Part shown: positions 37,562 through 48,614 of the stretch, one piece after another | Layout: every line of letters begins with the position of its first letter | How positions within the stretch are numbered: position 1 is the first letter of the stretch | Assembly (NCBI GenBank): GCA_041489155.1 | Contig: JBGPQP010000002.1 | Coordinates: 32,001 to 96,000, forward strand | Length of the DNA stretch: 64,000 nt | Direction of reading: 5' to 3' | From: Candidatus Aenigmatarchaeota archaeon | Lineage (GTDB): Archaea; Aenigmatarchaeota; Aenigmatarchaeia; QMZP01; QMZT01 | The notes under the pieces: generated by a model | Database searches by the model: none | Seen by the model: the letters and a program-made list of their open reading frames with translations, nothing else | What the model was told of the DNA's origin: nothing | Translations under genes and position numbers: made by a program

Positions 37562-38020
37562 ATGGACTGGAAATCCCACATGCTAGTTCCGCTTCTGCTG
37601 TACATCGCAATAATATTGATTTTCCAGTTCCAGTTTTTGTATTCTGTCCAGGCGCTTTTCCTCGTAATATTTTCAGCCTTCCTTCCGGAGCTTGACCACC
37701 CGCGCTCAGTTGCCAGGAGAATATTTTTCGTGATTTTGTTTTACGCGATGGTGTTCGCGATAACCATTGAAGTGTCGATGGAAATGTGGCTCAAGTTCGT
37801 TGTGATAACCATGCTGCTGGTGCTGGCGAGATACGCTTACAAAAAGCTTCCGATAAGGCACAGGGGCAAGCATTCGCTGCATCTGTGGCGCTACTGCCTC
37901 GTAATCCCGACTTTTTTCGTGTTTGTTTTCATGCTCGCAAACATAAATATCTCGCTGGCTTCATTTATAATTGTGGGATACGGCTCGCATCTTGCGCTAG
38001 ACAAGATAAATAAATTTTAA
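37562..38020 (+). CDS. Membrane metal-dependent hydrolase (YdjM-like)
   Basis: MxxKSH, LPELDHP, HRG..H, GYGSHLALD. Confidence 0.8.
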   Translation: MDWKSHMLVPLLLYIAIILIFQFQFLYSVQALFLVIFSAFLPELDHPRSVARRIFFVILFYAMVFAITIEVSMEMWLKFVVITMLLVLARYAYKKLPIRHRGKHSLHLWRYCLVIPTFFVFVFMLANINISLASFIIVGYGSHLALDKINKF

Positions 38021-38025
38021 GGGGG

Positions 38026-38337
38026 ATGGGAATGGAAAAGCAGGAAACGCTAATCGCACGATATCAGGTGCTGGTCTCCGAGTGGAACACGGTTTCGATC
38101 GTCTGCGCGATCCTGTTCGCCTCGACGCTTGTTGGCCTTGTCTTCGGCCTCATTTACTTCAACATGTCAGTGGTTTTCATAACGCTTGTGCTGATGTTCT
38201 CCTTCGCCACATTTGAATACCGCTCGAGAACGATATACGTGGATGCAAAGCGGGAGCTTGAAGAAGAGATTTTCAAGTACAGCGGCCTCAAAAAGGCGAA
38301 AAGGAAAGACCTGGTAAACAAAGGCCTGATCTGGTAA
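38026..38337 (+). CDS. Hypothetical 2-TM protein
   Basis: Two hydrophobic helices; co-oriented in the operon. Confidence 0.6.
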   Translation: MGMEKQETLIARYQVLVSEWNTVSIVCAILFASTLVGLVFGLIYFNMSVVFITLVLMFSFATFEYRSRTIYVDAKRELEEEIFKYSGLKKAKRKDLVNKGLIW

Positions 38338-38399
38338 GAAGTTTGATAGGAACTGTGTGTGCTATCTTTCTTCTATTATATTTTATAAAACAGGCTAGA

Positions 38400-38849
38400 T
38401 TATACCTCGATCCTGAAATCCTCCTTCATGACATTGAGGGCAACGTGGGTATTGGTTCTCTCCACGTATCTCATGGCTAACAGCGATTTTATGAACGCGC
38501 TCATCTCACTTCTTTTCCTGAACCTTGCCAGTATCAGTGCATCCGTCGAACCTGTTATATCATAAACAGCGAAGACGTTTTGCATTGCAGCTATCTCTTT
38601 TTCGACTTCCAGCAGCTTGCCTTTGGAAACAACTATTTCTATCACCGCAGTGAGGTCGTATCCAACCATTTCAGGATCCACTATTGCGGCGTACCCTTTC
38701 AGCAGGCCGGATTTCTCCATGGCAGAGATCCTGGTGGAAAGTGTTGTTATAGAGATTCCAAGCCTTCTGGACATCTTGCGCAGCGAGCGTCTCGCATCAT
38801 GTGAGAGTTCCTTTATTATGCGCCTGTCAAGCTCATCCAAGGTTTTCAT
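38400..38849 (-). CDS. Lrp/AsnC-family transcriptional regulator
   Basis: LDELDRRII..L..DAR, YDITGSTD. GGTGA SD before ATG 38849. Divergent from glnA. Confidence 0.92.
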   Translation of the reverse strand: MKTLDELDRRIIKELSHDARRSLRKMSRRLGISITTLSTRISAMEKSGLLKGYAAIVDPEMVGYDLTAVIEIVVSKGKLLEVEKEIAAMQNVFAVYDITGSTDALILARFRKRSEMSAFIKSLLAMRYVERTNTHVALNVMKEDFRIEV

Positions 38850-38941
38850 ATGATCACCAATTCCTAATTTTTGTGCATTTTTATAGATATTTGTCAATCA
38901 TATTTAAAAATATTGTTTCATTCGTCCAATAAAATGTGTAA

Positions 38942-40312
38942 ATGATTTATATTTTTAGGATGAACAAAAATATTATGTCAACTGCGGACAAAAAAATCAT
39001 CGTTGCGGCAGGGAAAAACGGCGTGAAATTCATAAATCTGCAGTTCACTGACATAATAGGCAACGTAAAAAACGTGACCATACCTGTGAAGCACCTGCCA
39101 AACGCCCTGGAGAAGGGAGTGTGGTTTGACGGCTCATCAGTCGAGGGCTTCGCCAGGATACACGAAAGTGACATGTTTCTGAAGCCGGATATTGCAACAT
39201 ACAGAGTGATACCATGGTACAAGGGCGAGGAAAAAACTGCAAGACTGATATGTGATGTGTATACCCCTGACGGAAAGCCGTTCGAGAGCGATCCCCGATA
39301 CGTTCTGAAAAAGACCCTGGAAGAAGCGAGAAAGATGGGCTTTGTGTTCAATACCGGGCCGGAACTGGAATTTTTCCTTTTCAAGAAGGACAACGGCGAC
39401 ATAAAACCACTTCCGCATGACAAGGGAGGGTATTTTGATTTGTCAATGGACCTCGCTTTCGAGGTAAGGAAGGATATGGTGCTTGCCCTTGAAAAAATGG
39501 GGATAGACGCAGAAGCATCGCATCACGAATGTTCTCACGCGCAACATGAAATAGATTTCCGTTATGACAATGCCTTGGCTACCGCAGATAATGCCATAAC
39601 ATTCAAGGCGACACTGAAGGCAATAGCCCAAAAACACGAACTGCACGCGACCTTCATGCCAAAGCCCATATTCGGCATAAACGGTTCGGGTATGCATGTA
39701 CACCAGAGCCTTTTCGATACGAAAGGCGGGAGGAATCATTTCTACGACCCGACAGACAAATACAAACTGTCGAAAACAGCATATCATTACGTCGCAGGTC
39801 AGCTCGAGCATGTGAAAGGTATGGCGGCGATATTGGCGCCGCTCGTCAATTCATACAAAAGGCTCGTGCCTGGTTACGAGGCACCTGTCTACATATGCTG
39901 GGCCCAGATAAACCGTTCAGCCCTCATACGCATACCTAGGGTTTCAGAGGGCAGTGAAAAATCGGTGAGATGCGAACTCCGCTGTCCTGACCCAAGCTGC
40001 AACCCTTACCTCGCGTTTGCAGTCATGCTCAAGGCAGGCCTTGACGGCATAAGAAGGAAGCTTGTTGCGCCTCCGCCGGTGGAGGAAAACGTTTACGATT
40101 TTGACGATTCAAAACTGAAGCGTCTTAACATCGATGTCCTGCCTCACTCTTTGTGGGAAGCCATAAGAGAGATGAAAAAGAGCAGAATAGTGCAGGAAGC
40201 GCTTGGCAGGAGGCTTTTCGAGAAATATATCGAGGCCAAAACCTCAGAGTGGGACGATTTCAGAACACATGTCACAGAATGGGAGATTAAAAGATATCTG
40301 GAAAACACATAA
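38942..40312 (+). CDS. glnA: Glutamine synthetase type I (start may be 38960 or 38975)
   Basis: FDGSS, GPELEFF, HHE..QHEI, TFMPKP..NGSGMH, NSYKRLVPGYEAP, ELRCPDPSCNPY. Confidence 0.96.
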   Translation: MIYIFRMNKNIMSTADKKIIVAAGKNGVKFINLQFTDIIGNVKNVTIPVKHLPNALEKGVWFDGSSVEGFARIHESDMFLKPDIATYRVIPWYKGEEKTARLICDVYTPDGKPFESDPRYVLKKTLEEARKMGFVFNTGPELEFFLFKKDNGDIKPLPHDKGGYFDLSMDLAFEVRKDMVLALEKMGIDAEASHHECSHAQHEIDFRYDNALATADNAITFKATLKAIAQKHELHATFMPKPIFGINGSGMHVHQSLFDTKGGRNHFYDPTDKYKLSKTAYHYVAGQLEHVKGMAAILAPLVNSYKRLVPGYEAPVYICWAQINRSALIRIPRVSEGSEKSVRCELRCPDPSCNPYLAFAVMLKAGLDGIRRKLVAPPPVEENVYDFDDSKLKRLNIDVLPHSLWEAIREMKKSRIVQEALGRRLFEKYIEAKTSEWDDFRTHVTEWEIKRYLENT

Positions 40313-40332
40313 TTTTCCGGCCAGGCCGTTCA

Positions 40333-41280
40333 TCATTCAAACTCTATTGTGCCTGGCGGCTTGTTGGTTATATCGTAAACCACGCGGTTCACTTTCTTTC
40401 CCAGGGAATTGGTTATTCTTACCGAAATTTTGTCCAGAATTTCGTGGGGAATTTTCGAATAGGATGCGCTCATGCCGTCGATGCTCTCGACAGAGCGCAA
40501 GGCAATCATGTAACCATAGTTCCTGACATCGCCGTGGACGCCTACGCTTTTCACCGGCAGCAGGACTGCGAAATACTGCCACGGTTTCGAAACCTTGTTC
40601 TCCGCGAACGCCTTCTGCATCTCCTCCTCCATTATCGCATTAGCTTCTCTCGCTATTTCGACATTCTCCCTAGTGAGCTTGCCTACGACCCTCACAGCAA
40701 GGCCGGGCCCAGGGAACGGCTGGCGTTCATGGACTTCGATATTTAGGTATTTGGCAATCTTCCTGACCTCGTCCTTGTAGATATCGCGCAGCGGTTCTAC
40801 GATTTCAAGCTCCATCTCTTCCGGTAGCCCGCCGACGTTGTGATGCGACTTTATCCTGTCCCTCGCTCCGCCTCCGGACTCTATCCAGTCCGGCGCTATA
40901 GTGCCCTGAATGAGATACTTGGCCTTTTCGCTTTCCGCTATGCGTTCGAAGATGCGTATGAACTTCTCGCCGATTATCTTGCGCTTCGTTTCAGGTTCGG
41001 TCACGTCTTTTAGCGCGGCAAAGAACTCATCCTCGGCTTTCACGAAATGCAAGTTCAGGCCGATTTTCTCCAGCATGCGCTTCACGCTCTCCGTCTCGCC
41101 CTTGCGCATGAAGCCTGTGTCGACGAAGACCGCAACAAGGTTTTTTCCTATCGCCTCTTTAGCAAGCGCGGCCGCGACCGTCGAATCCACTCCGCCCGAG
41201 CAGGCGATTATAGCTTTCCCGTGCAAGCATTTCCTAAGGCGGTCTGTTTCCCTTTTCACGAACTTCGCTGCATCGAACAT
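40333..41280 (-). CDS. guaAB: GMP synthase, ATPPase subunit B
   Basis: SGGVDS, IKSHHNVGGLP, PFPGPGL, YDITNKPPGTIEFE. Confidence 0.95.
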   Translation of the reverse strand: MFDAAKFVKRETDRLRKCLHGKAIIACSGGVDSTVAAALAKEAIGKNLVAVFVDTGFMRKGETESVKRMLEKIGLNLHFVKAEDEFFAALKDVTEPETKRKIIGEKFIRIFERIAESEKAKYLIQGTIAPDWIESGGGARDRIKSHHNVGGLPEEMELEIVEPLRDIYKDEVRKIAKYLNIEVHERQPFPGPGLAVRVVGKLTRENVEIAREANAIMEEEMQKAFAENKVSKPWQYFAVLLPVKSVGVHGDVRNYGYMIALRSVESIDGMSASYSKIPHEILDKISVRITNSLGKKVNRVVYDITNKPPGTIEFE

Positions 41281-41289
41281 GACATCACA

Positions 41290-41874
41290 TTACTTTTTGG
41301 CTTTTTTAAACTCCCTGCATATCTCGACAAAATTACTGAATATCTCGGTTCCGAACTGCGTATCCTCCACTTCAGGATGGAACTGGAGGCCGAATAAAGG
41401 CTTTTTCTTGTGCTGAATCGCCTGCGTGCTGCAGCTCGGCGACGAAGCCACTATCTCGAACTGCTCCGGAAGGTTTTTTATCTCGTCGTTGTGGGATTCC
41501 CAAACTATGAATTTTTTCGGCAGGCCGCTGAAAAGCGGCGAATTCCTGCGGATCTCAATCTGCATCTTGCCGAATTCAGGCGTTTCCGCAGGCCCGGCCG
41601 AGCCGCCGTAATGCATGGCCATGAACTGGTGGGCGAGGCACATGCCGAGTATGGGGAACTTCGCCTTGTCAAGATACTCACCCACGTTGCCGAGCTTGCT
41701 CGATTCCCACGCTATTCGCGCCGCGCCTCCTGAAAGGACGAGTCCGTCGAGATCCTTTATTTCCTCGAAGGGTGTGTCGTTCGGTATTATCTTCGTTTCC
41801 ACGCCAATATCCCTAAGCACGCGCCACTCCCTGTGCGTCCACTGGCCGCCGTTGTCCACAACGTAAATCTTCAT
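41290..41874 (-). CDS. guaAA: GMP synthase, glutamine amidotransferase subunit A
   Basis: DNGGQW, LSGG, LGMCL, SHND, QFHPE. Confidence 0.93.
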   Translation of the reverse strand: MKIYVVDNGGQWTHREWRVLRDIGVETKIIPNDTPFEEIKDLDGLVLSGGAARIAWESSKLGNVGEYLDKAKFPILGMCLAHQFMAMHYGGSAGPAETPEFGKMQIEIRRNSPLFSGLPKKFIVWESHNDEIKNLPEQFEIVASSPSCSTQAIQHKKKPLFGLQFHPEVEDTQFGTEIFSNFVEICREFKKAKK

Positions 41875-41954
41875 GTTTCAAATTCGCTTTTGTTAAATAA
41901 ATGTTTTAGCGCATTTCTGGTAAAGTTTTTAAATCTCTGCCTTGAAAGATTATT

Positions 41955-43559
41955 ATGCCGAAGAAAACCCAGTACATCGTTGTAACCGGCGGAGTGATAT
42001 CCGGTCTTGGCAAGGGGATATTCACTGCTTCTCTAGGAAAACTGCTCCAGTCAAGGGGTTTCAAGGTCGTTCCCATCAAGATCGATCCTTACATGAACGT
42101 CGATGCAGGAACGATGAACCCGATAGAACACGGAGAGGTCTTCGTCCTCGATGACGGCAGCGAGGTCGACATGGATCTGGGAACATATGAACGCTTCCTC
42201 GACATCAACCTGAAAAGCGAAAACAACATAACGACCGGAAAAATCTACCAGAAAGTCATCGAAAAGGAAAGGGAAGGCAAATACCTCGGCAAGACTGTCC
42301 AGATAATACCGCACATAACAGACGAGATACAGAACTGGTTCAAAAAAGTCGCTGAGGATTACAAAGCAGAAATAATCATGATAGAAATAGGCGGAACGGT
42401 AGGAGACATAGAGAACCTAGTCTTCCTCGAGGCATGCAGGCAGTTATCTTTGAAAGAGGATGTGATATTCGTACACTGCACCCTTGTTCCGGTGATGAGC
42501 GTGGTGGGCGAGCAGAAAACGAAACCCACACAACAAAGCGTGCAGAAGCTCAGGGAGATAGGCATAATGCCTCACTTCCTTTTCTGCAGAGCCCATGAAC
42601 AGATAAAACCAAAAATAAAGGAAAAACTTTCTCTCTTCTGCGGCCTGCCGGAGGAAAACGTCATATCAGGCCCTGACCTGGACAGCATATACAAGCTGCC
42701 ACTAATCCTCGAGAAGCAGGGTGTGACAAAAAAGGTTCTTGAAAAACTGGGCCTTGTCCCCAAGAAAAAGGACATGAAAGATTGGGAGCAGGCAGTAAGG
42801 AACATGGTGAATGCAAAGAAGATCGTAAACATTGCCATCACTGGCAAATACACGGAGTTGCACGATTCTTACGTCTCTATAATGGAGTCGCTTAAAGCTT
42901 CATGCGGAAAGCTTGGAGTGAAAATAAAGATAAAATGGATAGAAACGACTGACATTGAAAACAAAAAAGTAAAGGTTGCTGATGCCCTGAAGAACATAGA
43001 CGGTATAATAGTGCCTGGCGGTTTTGGCCCAAGAGGAACTGAAGGCAAGATAGAATGCATACGCTATGCCAGAGAGAGGAAAATACCCTTCCTCGGCTTG
43101 TGTTATGGTTTCCAGCTGGCGACCATCGAGTTCTCAAGGAACGTGTGCGGCCTCAAAAACGCGAACTCTACGGAAATCGACCCGAATAGCCCCCATCCGG
43201 TAATTGATCTGCTGCCAGAGCAGAGAAAAATTTACAAAAAAGGCGGAACTATGCGCCTTGGAGGCCACGACGTGATAATCAGGAAGGGCACGCTGGCCAG
43301 CAGGGTTTACGGCTCGCTGAGCACGAGAGAAAGATTCCGCCACCGCTGGGAGTTCGTCCCAAAATACAGGGAAAAGGTTGAATGTAAGGGTTTTGTCTTT
43401 TCCGGCCATGACAAATCCGGCAATATAATGCAGATACTGGAACTAAACGGGCATCCTTTCTTCATGGCGTCGCAGTTCCATCCGGAATTCACAACGCGAG
43501 TTCTCAAACCGAATCCGCTGTTCCTGAACTTCATCAGGGCAGCATCCAAGAACGCTTAA
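41955..43559 (+). CDS. pyrG: CTP synthase
   Basis: [37 protein letters not shown]. Confidence 0.97.
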   Translation: MPKKTQYIVVTGGVISGLGKGIFTASLGKLLQSRGFKVVPIKIDPYMNVDAGTMNPIEHGEVFVLDDGSEVDMDLGTYERFLDINLKSENNITTGKIYQKVIEKEREGKYLGKTVQIIPHITDEIQNWFKKVAEDYKAEIIMIEIGGTVGDIENLVFLEACRQLSLKEDVIFVHCTLVPVMSVVGEQKTKPTQQSVQKLREIGIMPHFLFCRAHEQIKPKIKEKLSLFCGLPEENVISGPDLDSIYKLPLILEKQGVTKKVLEKLGLVPKKKDMKDWEQAVRNMVNAKKIVNIAITGKYTELHDSYVSIMESLKASCGKLGVKIKIKWIETTDIENKKVKVADALKNIDGIIVPGGFGPRGTEGKIECIRYARERKIPFLGLCYGFQLATIEFSRNVCGLKNANSTEIDPNSPHPVIDLLPEQRKIYKKGGTMRLGGHDVIIRKGTLASRVYGSLSTRERFRHRWEFVPKYREKVECKGFVFSGHDKSGNIMQILELNGHPFFMASQFHPEFTTRVLKPNPLFLNFIRAASKNA

Positions 43560-43604
43560 AATCATCGCATACAATATGAGGATATCTATCAAAAAGGTGG
43601 GATT

Positions 43605-45059
43605 TTGAAAAAAGACTGGTCCAAGAAGGAAGCTTGTGGTGTTTTTGGTATACGTGCCCTTGACGGCCGGGACGTATCGAAAATGATATTCAATGGCCTC
43701 ATCACCCTCCAGCACAGAGGCCAGGAAGCAAGCGGCATATCGACTTTGAACGAGAACCATATACACCTCAGGAAATCCCTTGGCCTAGTAAACGCTTCTT
43801 ATTCAGAAAAAACTTTAGGCAATCTGAAAGGTTCGATGGGCATAGGCCACGTGAGGTATTCGACGGTCGGCTCTTCAACCATCACCGACGCCCAGCCCTT
43901 CAAAAGGGATTACCCGCGCAAAGGCCTGGTTGTGGCTCACAACGGAAACCTAGTCAATTATATCGACATGAGGAACATTCTCATGAAGGAAGGAAGGAAC
44001 TTCGAATCAACGTGCGACGCTGAAATAATAGCCAATAAGTTAGCCGACGAACTCGTGAAGACGAAGGACATCGAGAAATCGATTTACAATTACATGGAAG
44101 CAGCAGAGGGTTCGTATTCGGCTGGCATGTTCACCGGGGAAAGGGAGCTGATCGCCTTCCGCGATCCGAACGGCATAAGACCGTTCAGCTTCGGCGTCAA
44201 CGACAAACTGGCGATATTCGCTTCTGAAAGCGTAGCGCTGAACATAAACGGCATTGACGAGACGCATGACGTAAAGCCGGGGGAGATGGTATTGTTCGGC
44301 GAGGATGGGAAAATTGAAAGGAAAGTACTGATGAAAGGCGAGAGGAAACACTGTATGTTCGAGTACGTTTACTTTTCGAGGCCTGACAGCGTGATAGAGG
44401 GGAAATGGGTCTACGACGTCAGGATAGAGCTCGGCAGAAGCCTCGCAAAAACCTATTCATCCGAAGCCGACGTTATAGTTCCCATACCGGACACGTCGAG
44501 ATCCGCCGCCGAAGGAATAGCAAGGGAGACAGGGATACATGTCGCCGAGGGGTTGATGAAGAACCGTTACATATACAGGACATTCATTATGCCAGAGCAG
44601 CGCACCAGAGCGCTTTCGGTGGACATGAAGCTCAACCCGGTGAAATCGGTTCTGAAGGACAAGCACGTACTTCTTGTTGACGATTCTATCGTGAGAGGCA
44701 CGACCACGAGAAAAATAGCCGAAATGGTAAGGAAAGCCGGAGCGAAGAAGATAGACCTGTGGATAACATGCCCGCCCGTGGTTTCTCCATGCTTTTACGG
44801 CATTGACATAGCAACCCACAACGAGCTGATAGCCTTCAAACACAAGGTGGAGGAAATACAGAAGATTACCAATGTTGACAGGCTCTGTTACCAGACCATC
44901 GACGGCCTTGTTAAATCAATCGGCCTTGGAGAAAACATATGCAAGGCCTGCCTCACCGGCGAATATCCGACCTGCATGGCACAGAAGATCGCCGACAGGA
45001 TGAAGACGCAGAAAAATCTAGAACAGAAAAGATACTACGAGATAGCGCACAAATGCTGA
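43605..45059 (+). CDS. purF: Amidophosphoribosyltransferase (propeptide, 4Fe-4S type)
   Basis: EA|CGVFG, LQHRGQE, GHVRYST, HNGNL, VDDSIVRGTT, Cys ligands HCMFE, PCFYG and CKAC. Confidence 0.95.
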   Translation: MKKDWSKKEACGVFGIRALDGRDVSKMIFNGLITLQHRGQEASGISTLNENHIHLRKSLGLVNASYSEKTLGNLKGSMGIGHVRYSTVGSSTITDAQPFKRDYPRKGLVVAHNGNLVNYIDMRNILMKEGRNFESTCDAEIIANKLADELVKTKDIEKSIYNYMEAAEGSYSAGMFTGERELIAFRDPNGIRPFSFGVNDKLAIFASESVALNINGIDETHDVKPGEMVLFGEDGKIERKVLMKGERKHCMFEYVYFSRPDSVIEGKWVYDVRIELGRSLAKTYSSEADVIVPIPDTSRSAAEGIARETGIHVAEGLMKNRYIYRTFIMPEQRTRALSVDMKLNPVKSVLKDKHVLLVDDSIVRGTTTRKIAEMVRKAGAKKIDLWITCPPVVSPCFYGIDIATHNELIAFKHKVEEIQKITNVDRLCYQTIDGLVKSIGLGENICKACLTGEYPTCMAQKIADRMKTQKNLEQKRYYEIAHKC

Positions 45060-45060
45060 T

Positions 45061-45738
45061 CTACTTGTTTGCTTCTTTTTCATACTCCTGGTTAAGCAAA
45101 TCCCATATCTTCTTTGCCTTTATCTTGCCTATGCCGTCGACCTTCATTAATCTCTCAGGCTTCGCTGAGAAAACGCTTTTTGGCGTCCTGAATTTCTTGA
45201 GCAGATTTTTGCTGAGTTTCGTGTTTATGTCCGGCAATCCCGCTATCAGGAATTCCTGCTGGCCGCGGACGCTTTTCTTTTTGGCGGGGCAGCGGATGGC
45301 GACGCTTCTCTTGCCTCCGATTTGCTCCCTGTAAGCGATCCAGTAAAGCTGTTGCGCCGTCTCTTTCGCGCTCCTCGTCCAGATTATGGGGATGCGGTAA
45401 TCTATCGCGATCGACGCGAGTGCCCCGCGGATCGCGTTGGGATGGACGTTCCTCTCCATAAACAGCAGGTCAGGGTCCCCCTCTATGATCAGCACAGGCC
45501 TCTCGAAGCATTCCTGCATTTTGGAAACCTGCTCGAAAATCCTGCGGTCCAGCAGCGACTGGACGAAATCGGCGACGGTCTTCCTCTCGACAGCGACCCT
45601 GTCCGAACAGATGTAGTCGCCAGTCTTCAGCTGCTCGCGCACGAGTTCGGAATCCGTGTCCTTGAGGTGCATGAAAACGTGGTTCTTCGCTTCCCTGTGG
45701 TCCACAACTATTTTAACTTTTGCCTGCATTTCTGCCAT
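45061..45738 (-). CDS. Short XPF/ERCC4 structure-specific nuclease (nuclease + HhH, no helicase)
   Basis: VDHRE, GDY, VERKT..DF..S, VDGIG HhH. Confidence 0.9.
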   Translation of the reverse strand: MAEMQAKVKIVVDHREAKNHVFMHLKDTDSELVREQLKTGDYICSDRVAVERKTVADFVQSLLDRRIFEQVSKMQECFERPVLIIEGDPDLLFMERNVHPNAIRGALASIAIDYRIPIIWTRSAKETAQQLYWIAYREQIGGKRSVAIRCPAKKKSVRGQQEFLIAGLPDINTKLSKNLLKKFRTPKSVFSAKPERLMKVDGIGKIKAKKIWDLLNQEYEKEANK

Positions 45739-45844
45739 AGAGAATTATTGTGACGCGAATGTTTTTATTTTAAAAGGTCACCGGAAGCGAACTGACCGCA
45801 ACATTTGCTCAACTTTTTATACGGGCGGACCGGAATTATATAAT

Positions 45845-46453
45845 ATGAACGCGAAGAAAGCGGAAACAGGGAAGAAGGGTGCAATAGAACTGAGCCTTGG
45901 GTTCATAGTGATGATCGTTTTCGCGGTCGTGCTTCTCAGCCTTGCAATAGTATGGCTCAGGGGCATGATGGAAAACATTACAGGACTGACAGATACCCAG
46001 ATATCCAGCGCCAATGCAGAACTTGACGAGGTCTTCCAGAGGCAGCTTACGTTTTTCGCCCTTTCGAAGAATCTTATAAACAATCCTCCGGCGCAGAGGA
46101 GCAAAGCCTACCCGATAAGTGTTGGCTTCAAAAACAATCTCGACACCAGCAAGCTCGATGCAGATGGCTATGCCTATTTCGCGGTTGACGTCGAAGCCGT
46201 CGGAGGCCCTGACGACACCAAGCTTAGCGTCTACCAGGAATGGATAAAGTGCAGCCCCAAAAGCATATGGGTCCAGAAAGGCGATACGATAGGCAGGATA
46301 ATGTGCTCCTTTGTTGCAGATGCATCAGCAGATGCCGGAACTTACTCATATCTCTTCTCCGGCTGCACGGCAACCACTGAAATAACCGACGGCTGCACTG
46401 GCAAGGAGAAATTCGGCGGTACGCAGCTGACCTTGCAGGTTGTCGTAAAGTAG
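45845..46453 (+). CDS. Pilin-like protein (class III signal peptide)
   Basis: KKG|AIELSLGFIVMIVFAVVLL. Confidence 0.75.
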   Translation: MNAKKAETGKKGAIELSLGFIVMIVFAVVLLSLAIVWLRGMMENITGLTDTQISSANAELDEVFQRQLTFFALSKNLINNPPAQRSKAYPISVGFKNNLDTSKLDADGYAYFAVDVEAVGGPDDTKLSVYQEWIKCSPKSIWVQKGDTIGRIMCSFVADASADAGTYSYLFSGCTATTEITDGCTGKEKFGGTQLTLQVVVK

Positions 46454-46561
46454 GATGCCTGAAGCGTCAAGAAACCCCTTTTATTTTTAGTATTTTCTAT
46501 ACTAATGTTTTTTCAATCTTTATTTGATTGCTTTTTATTTGAGCCATGACATGATTTTAAT

Positions 46562-47026
46562 ATGGATGTCGGCTTGATTTTCGGGATAATATTTGCGTCC
46601 ATTTTAATAGGCTTTCTGATGTTTTTTGGCATTAAATATATCGGAGAGATGCAGGATATGAGCTGCCGCTCGCAGCTGGGGCAGCAGATAGATAGCCTGA
46701 AAACCAGCACGAAGTACGTACTCAGCCTTTCTATGGGGTCTTCGCAGAGCTTTACTTTCATGGTCCCTGGCTGCGCAAAAAAAGTGTGCTTCGTCAACGC
46801 AGATTCTCCGGAGGAGAACAAGGAACTCGACTGGGACCCGCAAACCGTCGAGAGGATGCTGGTGGTAAACGAGAAGTACAATGTTCTCATTTATAATCCC
46901 GACGGTTCCATCAGTGGTCACAAATTGGATAAGCTGAGGCCACTGGTTAATTTCTGCATCAGAAAGACCGAGGACATCAGGCTGAAAAATATCGGAACCC
47001 TAGTTGAACTGTCGCCGCCGGCTTAG
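46562..47026 (+). CDS. Pilin-like membrane-anchored protein
   Basis: N-terminal TM, four Cys in the soluble domain, first of a coupled gene run. Confidence 0.6.
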   Translation: MDVGLIFGIIFASILIGFLMFFGIKYIGEMQDMSCRSQLGQQIDSLKTSTKYVLSLSMGSSQSFTFMVPGCAKKVCFVNADSPEENKELDWDPQTVERMLVVNEKYNVLIYNPDGSISGHKLDKLRPLVNFCIRKTEDIRLKNIGTLVELSPPA

Positions 47027-48116
47027 CTGCAAAGGTACGAGTATGTTAAACGTATTCGATATTTTCAAGATAATTCTCGGGATAATAATTTCCATCTTCG
47101 TCCTCTTCATACTGCTGAGATTTGCGGGTTCTTACATGCAGATAGGCGAATCCAGCAGGCAGGTCTCGATAATGGTCAATTTCAAAAAAACCCTGGAAAA
47201 CGTATACACGACAGGAGTATCGGACGATTTCGAGTTCGCGGGCACCGAAGTGATAACGAATTACGCGCCGCCATTCCTGATGACAACCTTTTCATCGTCA
47301 GTCGACATGGAGCCAATACCGCTTTTGCTCGTGCTAGGCAAAAAGCTTTCCGTATACAGGAACGAGTATGATGTAGGCTGGTGGAAGTTCTATTTCATAG
47401 AAGCTCTGCCCGACACGAAAATTCTATTTGTCCCGAAAGGCGATGCGGACAAGACCATACCAGTCATCAGAAGCGTAGCGCTTATGCTGCCTTCAACCGA
47501 AAATACTGCAACAAAGACGAATTTTTACGTAGGATGCGATGACGATGCGACAGGCCACTATGACATGAGGGAAAGGTACAAGTTTCTGGAAGAAAAGATT
47601 TACCTGTTAATGACCAAAATGGAATCCGGTTACGAGCCAGCCCTGTGCGATGAGGAATATTTCAAGGAAAAAAACTACAGCGTAATAACGATATCAGAAA
47701 AGATGGAGGAAGTCGACTTTCTTGTAAAGCCTGTTGAAAACGGGATGGGCTACGTTTACATAAAGAGCAAGGATGGATACGAGGAATATGTTTACAAAAA
47801 CGGGTTTGACGTTGTCGCCCTGCTTCTTGGAGGGAAGGGCATGTATGAATACGCGAATGAGAAGTTTTTCAGGGAGATGGACGTCGCTATCAGCCTTTCA
47901 ATAAACGAAGCAGGGATACTGATGTCGAATCCTAGTACGAACAAAAGATGCGGAAACCAGCTTAACGAATTCATATCCGTACTGAGTTCGATAAAGGAAA
48001 ACACGCCGAAAATAAGAAGCCAGAACCCGAAACAGGAAGACGTGGCTGAGTTCATTTCGCTGATGGACCAGTCGGCAGAAAAATACAGGGAACTGGACAG
48101 TTTGGGGTGCGGATGA
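47004..48116 (+). CDS. Pilin-like/secreted hypothetical protein
   Basis: KG|TSMLNVFD followed by a TM. Overlaps both neighbours. Start may be ATG 47043. Confidence 0.55.
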   Translation: MNCRRRLSCKGTSMLNVFDIFKIILGIIISIFVLFILLRFAGSYMQIGESSRQVSIMVNFKKTLENVYTTGVSDDFEFAGTEVITNYAPPFLMTTFSSSVDMEPIPLLLVLGKKLSVYRNEYDVGWWKFYFIEALPDTKILFVPKGDADKTIPVIRSVALMLPSTENTATKTNFYVGCDDDATGHYDMRERYKFLEEKIYLLMTKMESGYEPALCDEEYFKEKNYSVITISEKMEEVDFLVKPVENGMGYVYIKSKDGYEEYVYKNGFDVVALLLGGKGMYEYANEKFFREMDVAISLSINEAGILMSNPSTNKRCGNQLNEFISVLSSIKENTPKIRSQNPKQEDVAEFISLMDQSAEKYRELDSLGCG

Positions 48117-48607
48117 TGAAAGGGCAGGCTCACTTGATGGAATACGTGCTGCTAAGCTTTTTCGTACTCCTTGTAATAGTCATGTTCACATTTTTGCTTA
48201 CAGGATGGCAGATGAGCACGATAGGCTCCGAAAGGGAAAGGTTGAAATATTCAAAGGCCGAGTTTCTGTTCCGTGCCTTCACCAACTCGCCGTACATAAA
48301 CAAGAACACATACAAAGAGGGTTCAATGTTTGAGGATTCCAAACTGACGGCCATAACTTGCGAGGAACTACAGCAGCTTTACGGAACCGGATGGTATGCT
48401 GAAGTCGAGTGGATAGAGCCGGTGGACACGTATCTGGAATTCAAGGACATCACCTGTACACTGGACACGTATCCAGAATGCGGCAAATGGAGCTATTGCA
48501 AAACAGAAGGCGATGCGAGGATTTACGAACTCCCGATAAACATACACAGGAAGACAACAGGGAAGATAGGCATGGGCATGCTAAGGGTGGGCCTTTACGA
48601 AAGCTGA
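48107..48607 (+). CDS. Pilin-like protein (class III signal peptide)
   Basis: KG|QAHLMEYVLLSFFVLLV. Confidence 0.72.
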   Translation: MRMMKGQAHLMEYVLLSFFVLLVIVMFTFLLTGWQMSTIGSERERLKYSKAEFLFRAFTNSPYINKNTYKEGSMFEDSKLTAITCEELQQLYGTGWYAEVEWIEPVDTYLEFKDITCTLDTYPECGKWSYCKTEGDARIYELPINIHRKTTGKIGMGMLRVGLYES

Positions 48608-48614
48608 GAGGCGT